This document shows positions 10,601 to 24,107 of a DNA stretch of 64,000 nt, piece by piece. Under the pieces are notes generated by a model that was given only the letters and a program-made list of their open reading frames with translations, had not been told where the DNA came from and did not search any database. Made by a program: the position numbers and the translations under genes. The stretch is taken from positions 25,478,345-25,542,344 of the forward strand of contig NC_134028.1 of the NCBI RefSeq assembly GCF_964204645.1, in the 5' to 3' direction. Numbering within the stretch: position 1 is the first letter of the stretch; the number at the start of each line of letters is the position of its first letter. This stretch comes from Tubulanus polymorphus (taxonomy: Eukaryota; Animalia; Nemertea).

Positions 10601-12557
10601 TGTTCGAATCCCAAACTCCCAGGGCCGATTCTTTTATCAGTGTCGATTCTGTACACGGATACGAAACGTATATCTAAATTCGAACCTAGCACACTTCTTA
10701 TCCTCTTCAATTAGCATTTACCCCAAAAAGCCCGAAATTATACACATGATAGAACAAGATATCCAACAAATAACGCCCTCAGAGATCTTGTGAGTAATCT
10801 GCAGACCTCCTGACAAGTGAAAACCAAGAGAAATTGATCCCGACAGATAAAAAACAAACATTCATATTCTAGTGGGATTAATACATGTATTCAGCCCAAA
10901 AATTCAACAAAATGAATATATTCCAAAACAATGTGCTTTTATTTTTAGGGGCCTAGACAAAGTGCCCCTCCCCCGTTCCTACGGCCCTGTGTGTGAAGGT
11001 GCTGCTCACTCTTGGTGGACACTTGGCCAATGCAGGGTCAGTACAGCTGTGACTGGGATCATTTGTGTAGCATCTATCCGTCAACTGTAGTATTACCACG
11101 TGTAAATTCGACCTTCCACATAAATAGCCAGGCCCCCTCTGTAGACCTGTTGACATTAGCCTTAGTGCTATTGCACTGTTTTCGCTGCTTTCGAAAAACT
11201 CATTAAAAAGATTTCTTTAGGTAGGCCAAATATTGGACATTGGTGTAAGTGCCCCCTGGTCCCATGCTATTCACAATTCATATTTTAACGCGGGCTTCAC
11301 TTTAGTTTATAGAAAAAACACCAGGGAGTTTAGCGGCAGCACCGTACGGTCCCCTAGCGGAATTTCTGTGAACTAACGTAATATACCTGGGTAGTTTAAA
11401 TAGACACAAGTAAGCTTATTCAACTTCACCCTGCTCTGTAACCTTCAATCTTATTTAGAATTGAACATGACTATGTATCTGGATTTCGAGACGAGTCGAG
11501 TAACTCGGCCATAATTATATTAGTTCACAAAACCTCCGCTTGGGGACCGTACAGTGCTGCCACCAAACTCCCTGGGCCGGTCGATTCTGTACACGGATAC
11601 GAAACGTATATCTAAATTCGAACCTAGCACACTTCTTATCCTCTTCAATTAGCATTTACCCCAAAAAGCCCGAAATTATACACATGATAGTTAACATATC
11701 CAGCAAATAACGTCCTCAGAGATCTCGTGAGTAATCTGCAGACCTCCTGACAAGTGAAAACCAAGAGAAATTGATCCCGACAAATAAAAAACAAACATTC
11801 ATATTCTAGTGGGATTAATACATGTATTCAGCCCAAAAATTCAACAAAATAAATATATTCCAAAACAATATGTGCTTTTATTTTTAGGGGCCTAGACAAA
11901 GCTTTGTATGGCTGACAGTTGGTGGTTTCATACCAGATACAATTCACTGTGTTTATACTACATCGATTATTATATGTTCTATAGATGAATGAAGATGACA
12001 TGATGTTTAAATACGATTATGAAACTCTTATATGAATAGATGGTGCACACATCTTATCATAGAGTGTTCGGAAATTAGATCTCGTAATCAATCTCTGGAA
12101 AACAATCACTTCAGCTGTGCCACATCAGCTTCATAAACTCCATTATCAATTTCGAGATCCAATCGCCATCAGAAAATACATTTTCCGATTTTTTTTTCAA
12201 TATAATAGATCATGACTGATGATTTAACCACTATGATATGGATATAATTTTTTTTCGGATTTTTCTATTTCTTTTATGATTTTTTTGGGGGGGTTTACTG
12301 TATACATAATTGTGCAACCTGCCCGGAAAAGAAACCGCACCATATTAAAAATATATGAATCATGAATCCGACCTAAGATTCTCATATCGAAATGCTACAC
12401 TAAGAATCTTCTGCCGATTCAATTTTCATTCATTAATCGATTAAATAATTAAAATCCAAACCCGGTTCCCCGATTAAATAGAATTAGACAAATTGGAAAA
12501 GAGACAGGCGGCCGCAATTTCGTTATTTACAAAATTAAACTAAAACAAAAACCAAGC

Positions 12558-14015
12558 TTAAATGATACCCTTTGCTTTCTGTACTTCGTGAATTAGATCT
12601 TTTAAGTATTGAATCTCACGTGTTAACTGATCGACCTGTTCGGTCAACTCCTCGTTACGACCGGTCAACTCTTGGTACTCGACGTCGATCAATTCGGCCT
12701 CCGATTTCTTCTTAACGCGGTACCGAGTCGCCGCGTTCTTATTTTGAAGTTTCTTGCGCTGTTTTTTATCGACCGGCGACGCCTTGCCGGTTTTCGTCGT
12801 CGCCGATTTCAATTTCGGCACGACGACTTTGACGTCGCCCGGACGACAGTATGGCGTGATTCTACGTTTATTCGACGGAGTAGGAATTGCGGGAATAAAA
12901 TCGGGATCATTCGAATCGTCGGAATAAGAACTGAACGACGGAGAAGGCGGATCAGTTAACACTTGGATTACAACAGGTTCCGGATCCACACGGATTAGAG
13001 GAACATCGGTGATAACAACTGAATTGATAGCTGTAAAATCGTGAGACTCCTCAGGAGCACTAGGATTCAGGAGCAGCTCTTCGGGTTCGGATATACCAGG
13101 ATTCAGAAGCTCCTCAGGAGTGCCATGATTCTGGAAAAGCTCCTCACTTGTACCCGGATTTAAAAGAAGCTCCTCAGGAGTGCCAGGACTCAGGAGCAGC
13201 TCCTCGGGTGATGAAGGAGCGTAACTGAAGACCGTCTCATCCGGTGACAGCGGAGAAAAACTATCGTTCCATCCAGAACTGCACGGACTCAACGGTGGTA
13301 ACAAACTCGAATCAGCTGAATCATAACTTGAACACGTGTCCGATAGGAAATCCTGCTCGGCAATCGTCTGCATTAACTCCCGGGCGACTTTCTCGAAGTC
13401 GCCACCTGCTGGCGAACCGGCGAGTAACGGTAGAATACCATCGACCGGTAGAGAGTTAATGAACGATAGCTGTTCATCGATCGTCGACTCGGCGATCGCG
13501 AGTTCCGGGTCGAGCTGTTCATCTTCGGCGCTGTCGTAATGCTGTACGTCGGCGAGTGAATCGAACAAACTCAAATCGAACTGCTGTTCCAGCCAATCGG
13601 TATCAGTTAATCCTGAAAATACATTATGCACATGACAAGTCACGGCACTATCCTAAACCTACTACATTTTTCATTTGGATTAAATGACTAGTTATTTCTG
13701 ATTTCACCATTCGAAGATATTCAATTTAATAATTAAATATATTAAGTATTCCCCTTATCTGTAAGAACCTTGTCTTTTGCTTAAACTAAAAATTTGACTT
13801 TTGCTTAAAATTTCATATTACTGTCTGCAAACTGTGGTTTAGTTTAAATACATACCGGCATCACGAGGATCACTGGTCATTAAATCATCGCTGGCTGGAA
13901 CTTTCTGACCAGTGATCGATGGGATGGCCTTCAGAGCATCTTCATGATGAGGGTCCCATTTAAGCGAGGTTTGGGGCAGAGCCCCGGCTAATAAATTCTC
14001 TACGTATAAACTCAT
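12558..14015 (-). CDS. ATF4: ATF4/ATF5-family bZIP transcription factor, ~404 aa. Coding exons 13856-14015 and 12558-13612
   Basis: C-terminal bZIP DKKQRKKLQNKNAATRYRVKKK...LTREIQYLKDLIHEV and N-terminal DWLEQQFDL motif. The phase-1 intron joins MSLYVENLL...PRDAG to LTDTDW. Confidence 0.9.
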
Positions 14016-14357
14016 TTCCCTTATTCAAGGTGAACGTTGGAGGCGCAAAGGCAACGGCATTTTGTAAGGTGCTGAAAGAGAACAAAGACATCATAACTTT
14101 AGAATCGCGCTGAAAGCTAAGATTTTGAAATAAATTTTAATTGAATTGAACTTCGATGTTTTCGTTAAATCGCGAGATAGGTCAACTTCAAATTGGTGAT
14201 TTTAGACAAATCTAAGGTATAACACCGGATAAATTTACTACGATTACTTACTCCATGGTGCAAGGCATAGCTCTGCACAGTTTGCTGGTGCAAACAATCA
14301 CTAAAGAATCATCTTGACGCGTTTAAGTTGATAAATCTGGATTCTTTTTCGTTTCAT
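13960..14357 (-). promoter_or_regulatory. ATF4 5' leader with uORFs: 3-codon uORF (14301-14312), spliced overlapping uORF (14268 to 13960, 42 aa), short in-frame uORF (14025-14060)
   Basis: The short uORF is ATG ATT CTT TAG. The long one, ATG CCT TGC ACC ATG GA|gtaagt...tttcag|C ACC TTA..., reads out of frame across the main ATG to a TAA at 13960-13962. Confidence 0.75.
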
Positions 14358-15030
14358 GGAGATTGAGGAAGTGAAAGAACTTGGGCGCAGCACATCTGTA
14401 TTTGTCCGCGTCGAAATCGTTAAACCCTGTTTAATTCGTTAATAGACCATTTCTAGAAATGACTTCAAGTACGATTCATCTTGATATGTTTAGCATATAT
14501 ATTCTAGAAGTTCCCAAAACTGTAAAAGTGTTTTGCCTCGTAAACATATGTTTAAGGATTTTTTCTTGAAGCTGTAGGATACGGTGATTCGGCTCAAAAC
14601 TGATTGCATCATCACAGATGGCAGCACTGAACGGTGCTTCCAATTCCCCACAGATGGCAGCACGAGCTGGTCACTCGGACTACATTCAATTCGGGATAAA
14701 TCCGGGCTATAGGCAAAACTCAATAACGACTATCGATTAAGCCGGATCCGACCCCCAGATCTATGCAGTACTCACTAAATTAATTTTTTTGTGTTACGTC
14801 CTAATTGATTTTCAATCTAGTAACAAGTAATTAATAAAAATGCCTCATTGACTAAAATCATCCATGGTCGAACGTCTTAAGTACTGATCACCGATAAATT
14901 AGGAAACAACAAACAATTGATGGAAATAAATCAATTTATTTCATCACTCGACATTGTCTACTTTTCGATAAATAATTGATTGGTTGTAGATAGTTTCTAG
15001 AGCATCAATACCATCACGATTCCTTAGTCG

Positions 15031-18164
<3,134 letters not shown>

Positions 18165-19632
18165 CTTGCGGTATAAAAGTGACAACTGACCGATAGATGG
18201 CGACTGAAGCGAGAACGTGGAGAACCTCGGTTTCCAGCGTCCGAGCTTTGAATTGAATTTAATATGGTAGGTACCATAATTTCAATTCAAATAGCTATTT
18301 ATTGTACGATAGTATGAGTTCCCGGCGGTCAATGAACGCGGCGTGGCATAATGAGTGTGGTCGATTCAAATCACCAGCCAGTTTTATCCAAGACGCGACC
18401 CGGGTAAATGGCAAATCATAGCCGCCAGTTACCACCATTAAATCTCTATTCTCGAGTCTCGGCATCAGTTCCAACAAAAAAGCCGCCCGGCACACTCGGA
18501 ACCCGGGGATCGAGACGGGTTGAATACGGATCAGAGTTTTTTTTCCTGATTTCTTGTTTTATTAATGTCTAACGTTCTACGGTACTGTGCTTTTGAGTCC
18601 TAGCTAGAATTTGGAAGCAAAACTACTGCGATTGTGATCTCAATAGGCCGAAACGTTGAATCTTAACTACTAGCGGGCCAGGAAACACTTCGGACTTTAT
18701 TTCTCATTCAGAGATTTTGGACAGAGTCATCAATGGTTAATTTGGACCAGAAGATCGGGCCGGAATTTTCAAATCGTATTAATTAACTTATAATGTTGGG
18801 ATTCGGGTGCTGATTGTATTTCTCAGTACGCGCTTGCGATTAATCCACCACTTCAGCTGCAAATCGATTTGTGTTTGACACCAGTACTTGTGTTATTGGA
18901 GTCTCTGATATCGACTGTCAACATCACGTGTCACCTTAGCTCGTCAACAGACAGCGGAACTGATCCGTTTCATAATCAACTTATTGATGAATTCTTTGTG
19001 AGATATTAATAGGATGCAACCTCACCAAAACAGACTAAACGCGTGCGAATGACAGATTCAACTTATTGCCTATAATCAAGTGTTAATCGGGTAAAATCAC
19101 GTCAAACCATTCAGATATCAGGTTTCACGTATATTCTCGCGCATCCAGGGAGGTTCAATCACTGATAGGAACTTCTTCTGTAAGCGCCAAAAGTGCCTTC
19201 TATTCTGCAAAACATTAACTGAGTCAGTATATATGAATCATAATGGTACGTGCTTTGTTGATATGTTTGGATGATGCTGTTTGAATATCCGTTTGAAAGA
19301 TGCTGTACAAAAATATTTTAATTGAGTTTCATGACAATATTATACTCCCATCTGTTCTGGAAAGCAAAACCTGTATCTGAAAATTCGGCATTAGGGTGTA
19401 GAAGCGCATTGGACACACAATCCCAATACCCGACTGGTCACATACCGCGCGCTATGTGTGTAGGTCAATTCAAACAATTCTGTAAATTTGACCGCCGATC
19501 ACGCATCTATATCTAAAATACTTCGATTTCCGATTTCAAAATCAAGCCCTGTTTCGCTGCCGGCAGGAGTAGTGATGGGTTTATAAGGGACACCAAATCA
19601 AAACGAATAGAAAAAACACCTGGCAAGTCGTT

Positions 19633-19670
19633 GGTCTAGTGGCTTGTGTAAATCCATGTTCGGATCTTCA
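19633..19670 (+). mobile_element. tRNA-derived SINE-like remnant
   Basis: A-box TGGTCTAGTGG followed by a degenerate B-box GTTCGGATC; no cloverleaf. Confidence 0.3.
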
Positions 19671-20311
19671 GTGCGATCTTAAGTCTTTGGTAACATTATT
19701 AAGGTGTTGCGCGTATCATTGTTTTCTAGATAATTTTAAGGACTTTGGAGTAAGTTAGTTTGTCCAGACATGCCCTCCCCAAATATAACTAAAGTATCCA
19801 TTCAATAATTATTTTGAAGCAGTATTACATTTCCTCCCGTAAAAACGCGATCCTCGGAATTTCGGAATGAAATGCAATATAAACGACTCCTGTGATTTGA
19901 CATTTCCTTTGATACTCCGACAACAGTTCTCGATGAGATGGTATAGATATGCTCGAGTAGCAAAGAAAAAGAATAAGAATCATAAATGCAACAGTTAAAT
20001 TCTTGTTATCTATTAGTTTATTTACACTTAAATTCATACACCAGAATCTATAAATTACATCATCATGGAATATTTACACTATGACTAGCCATTAACTCAT
20101 CCCTACCCTTTCATGTCTGAGATTGAACCCTTACAACCCCTCTAGAAACTGAGCTTACCGCTGCTTTTCGACTACGAATCTATAGTGAAGACTGAACTAT
20201 ATTTATCTAGAATGGTGTTTATACTATCCAGGGACCAAGTACCATACAGGCCAATTTTAACGAATTAAGATCTTGAAACTATACACAACTGGGCCCAAAA
20301 CTACAGTTTAT

Positions 20312-23300
20312 TCATTTACTACTTGTGGTTACATGGTGCGATGATGCAGTTAACCCTGACAAAACTGTTCCGAAGCTCGACGACGTTAAGCCCACCTGAA
20401 GCGGGGTAGGTGGCAGTGAGGATGGGGCAGATGATGTTAATAAGTACGGTCGGAATGGAGCGGCTGATAGAGCCAAAATTCCAGAATTATTAGAAAGTCT
20501 TGCTCCGTGTAGAACAGGTGTTGGCATCTGCGGAGATGGTTTAATAACGTCCTTAGGGTCGGTTTGTGTGCTGCTACCTGGCGCACGAGAATGTACTAAA
20601 TTATAGGGTCCCGGTCTTTGGACATTGCGAGAATGGCGTAAAACGAATCCCGACCGTTCCGATGCCGTAGTTCTGGCCACTGTATCCCGGAATGCTGCAC
20701 CGCTCGACACTGAGCTATCAGGTTTGAATCTAGTTTGTAAATAGGTCAAGATGCGCACCGATCTGGAATCGTCTGCGACAACTCCTTCGACGTCAGTCAT
20801 GTAACGCAATATTTCTCGCATACAATCGCTATATCCACATTGGTAATGATGCATAAAATCTGCCCAGATATCAGCCGCAAACCATTCTCCTATATCGAAG
20901 AAATAACCAACATTTTATTAGAATAAGAAATCTTTTCTTTACGTGTTTCGAATACTTTTCATTCATCAACTATAAATCTTACCGTTTTCAAAGCGACAAC
21001 CGATTTCTGTATTTTGAATCGCCCTCAAATATTCAACAGTCATTTCCAGAATTTCTGCTTTTTCCAATTTTCCCGAAGACTAGAAATAAAAATTACGTAC
21101 ATTTCAGCTTGAAAATTGAGAACCTATTTAAATAGATTCGATTTAGTAGGCACGACAAATTCTTTAGAAATCGTCAGTATTTTTCTTTTCAAATCGTCAG
21201 TGACACGACTTTAAGCGCACTTCCAAGGAGAACCCAGCACCCTGGATCATGTATGTATAGCATTACGTTTTAAGAAATATTTATCGTGGCAATTTGGATG
21301 AAGAGTGAGGCACGTGTTCGGTTAGGACATAATTATGTTTCGTCACGATATTTCTTTCAGAAACAATCGACTAAAGACAATAGAGAAAGCAAGCTGTGGC
21401 GATACTAGGCTTTTCATGACAGACGTACATTCAATAACACCCCGAGCTGTTCTATGATATAAGTCGTCGTTAAAGCGAACGCCTTTCGCGGATGCGGGCC
21501 CAAAATAGCGTGTAAAAAGTCTGATTTGATTTAACACGTCCACAAAAGCCGTGTCTGCTTAAATGATTGACTTTGAATGGCGTCTCACGCCACATGTTGC
21601 GTCGTGTATATACGATACAACAAACCGCGATGATTGTTGCGCATGAATTGTTTGTTGAAGATACAACAGCCGGTGAAGTGACAATGGAAGATGCTGCCTT
21701 ATAATCTTTACTGTAAATCTCAGCCCCTAAAGCAAAGTTTCGACAAGCTGTGTATGGTAAATACGTAGGTGAATCTAGACGGTTAGATACACAGATTGAC
21801 ATGGATGTCTTCATGAAAATGCAAATACGTATTGAAACATTATACAGAACCATACGATTTACAAATATCTGAGATGTCATTGAGAGGAAACCCACAATAT
21901 AAATCTAAAAGATCTTCTATTGTTACTTTTCCTTACGTTTCGGGTGGAATACTACCACTCAACCTCAGGACTAAAACAATAGCAGTTGTTTAGATTTTTA
22001 TAGCGGATTTTCGCTCAAGTTTTCCCGGATCTCAACACAAGAAACAAATATGTAATGTTTTGTGTTTGGGCTAAGACATGTTGATGGCATTATTCTTATT
22101 GTAAAATCTTCGGAGTTCGTGTTGTCAAGTATTGGTATCAACCTCTCATAAATCGTTCGTACGTTATCTCACCAATGAGAGAAAAAAACCTCATTGGGCG
22201 GATAACATTCGGACCCACTTATTCTCTGAAGCAACTTTAATAATGGATAAAAAACAATGGCTACTCTATACAAAGAGATAGATTTCAAAGAGACTTTGAA
22301 ACGTGCTTCAGCGACGAACACCGGTACACTTGTTTCCGCCTAGTGATTGCCGGTCACGTGACTGGCAGACGTATCAGCACGTGACCGTAACGGCGGTTAC
22401 GCTGGCGCTGTAATCTGATCAACGTCATCAGACACAGGAGCTGCGTTTTTAAACACGTTAGGTAGCCACCCGGGGAACGCGCGTCGTGTATTGTTTCAAG
22501 GCGTGGGTCGTGAAGTTGCACCGCGGTTGCCTGTGGTCCCAATCAAACTGGGGAGCCAACTAATTCAAACATGGTTTGTGCGCAGAGGCAATGTACGATG
22601 GATTGACAGTAGACTGATTGATATAATTCTCAGTATCTAGAGTTAGGTATCAATTTCGGTTTCTAGCTGATGATGGGGGTTTAGTCAAAATTCCGAAACT
22701 ACTGTCTGAGGAATAGTTTAATCATCAGTGGGATTTTACTTATTAGTACGATGGATTCCGAATCCATAAGAATCTACTTAAAGCATATAAAAGATAGTTG
22801 TGCCGTATGATAAAATCAATGAAGAATGCTTACCTGTTTTGCGAATGCTGCGGGTACAGATTGACTTAATTCCGCTAAACAATTGTTTATGCGATCTCGC
22901 CGACGTTTTTCAATCAATTTATGTGACGTTTGTTCCTAAAAAAAACAACAAGATATGAAAATTCAAACGTTCGTTGATAGAAATATATTGTCGGAATATC
23001 GATGTAAACTTCCTGACATCGACAACTAAGTTGCGCGCGTGAAGGTATTCTCTACGGAAGTTGCCCAGGGTCCAGTTTCACGAACAAGTTTAAGCTCAAA
23101 ACGGTTAAGTTTGAATTGTTGTCCTCATTGAAAACATGAAGTAACTAATGGCAATTACACCAAAAATTTGAGTTTAACTTTCTTTGTGAAACTGGGCCCT
23201 GTTTGATAAATTTGAATTATAATTAGTTGTTTGCGGCGAACATCGTATTCTCAACGACTTCAATCTGATTGTGAAACCAGGATTACAATGTATAAACTCG

Positions 23301-23483
23301 TCACACTTAAAAACTTAAATAGGTGAAAAAAACTACAAGGATTTAGAATTGTACCGAATACCGAGTAACATTTAAGAAATAACACTTAAAGTGCTGTGTT
23401 CAAATTCGCTTAAATATATAAATGATTTAAATTAAACAGTTTAGTGCACTTACCATTTTGTCTTTTTTCCTTGAAGATGCCAT
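20312..23483 (-). CDS. HELT: HELT/Heslike-type bHLH-Orange transcription factor, ~268 aa. Exons 23454-23483, 22834-22935, 20983-21079, 20312-20889
   Basis: bHLH [49 protein letters not shown] and Orange domain YQCGYSDCMREILRYM. No WRPW/YRPW tail. Exons total 807 nt in frame. Confidence 0.85.
22660..22713 (+). ncRNA. Type I minimal hammerhead ribozyme-like motif in HELT intron 2
   Basis: tttctag-CTGATGA-t-GGGGGTTT-agtc-AAAATTCC-GAAAC-tact-GTC-tgaggaa. The catalytic core is complete; stems I and II are imperfect. Confidence 0.55.
23068..23200. mobile_element. Short MITE
   Basis: Terminal inverted repeats gggtccagtttcac / gtgaaactgggccc; related degenerate copy at ~58973-59092. Confidence 0.65.
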
Positions 23484-23763
23484 GTTTTGGAAAACTTCAT
23501 CCATATATAAGGTTTATAAGATCCTTCGCGGTTACGGCCGTAGATCAGAAGACGAGAGAAATCCGCTTTGCGGTCTTAACTCAACTATCGTCAGAAATTA
23601 AAATGTGGAAAGATCTCTCGACTGAAGTGATTTATATATTGATCGAATGTTTGAGATGGGAGGGATCAGTGTTTGGACAAAGAGAACACGTCGAGTGACA
23701 TTTGGATATGTGGCGCGTGTTCGAACGACGGCCGTTCGTCTGCGCATATGATGCCATCTTAGT

Positions 23764-24107
23764 CACGTGAGCGATTGGGCGCCGTCACGTGCGATGAAAC
23801 TAACAGCTCTTAGTGTCACGTGTGTCGTTAAAGGTGGTCCATTTACGAAGCGTCGCTCGTAATAAGACGCGTTGCCGCAAATTATTTTTTTACATTTTCC
23901 GATAGAATTTTCTCATTCTCTTGAAAAATTTTCTCCTCACGCGCATCTTAGTTCATTATTGAGAAGGTTCTCTGAGTTTCTTCTCAGTGATTGAAATCGG
24001 TCTCTTCTGGCTTCTGAACACGTGACAAACATAGAACGTGCTTCCTAAATTACTTTGACGTATAATTATATATCGCATTTGAATGGACAGCGAAAAAATA
24101 ACACGTG
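23764..24107. promoter_or_regulatory. Cluster of CACGTG E-boxes upstream of HELT
   Basis: CACGTG at 23764, 23786, 23817, 24019 and 24102, with more at 24456, 24989, 22355, 22378, 21311 and 18925. Confidence 0.65.

Larger units (their letters stand above)
7240..11901. repeat. Tandem array of ~1-kb units (4 full + 1 partial); unit starts 7240, 8265, 9207, 10220, 11242
   Basis: Each unit starts gg(g/t)gtaagtgcccc. Periods are 1025, 942, 1013 and 1022 bp, and the units are highly similar. The repeated short ORFs in the ORF track mirror this periodicity. Confidence 0.97.

Noticed and set aside
7976-11206. Repeated 63-69-aa ORFs (MSTGLQRGPG..., MGTVQCCHQ...) suggesting a tandem peptide gene family
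   Set aside because: They recur only because the DNA unit is repeated. They overlap on both strands, have no recognisable motif, and several need non-ATG starts.
7240-11901. Array as a 5S rDNA, snRNA/SL RNA cluster, retrozyme or CRISPR array
   Set aside because: I found no recognisable 5S, U snRNA or SL sequence. The AATTTCTGTG Sm-like word is part of a TIR, the minus-strand CTGAGGA has no downstream stem II/GAAA, and there is no repeat-spacer structure.
20312-23483. Identity as Hairy/HES or HEY
   Set aside because: It lacks a WRPW/YRPW terminus and the HES basic-region proline; the [18 protein letters not shown] loop fits HELT better.
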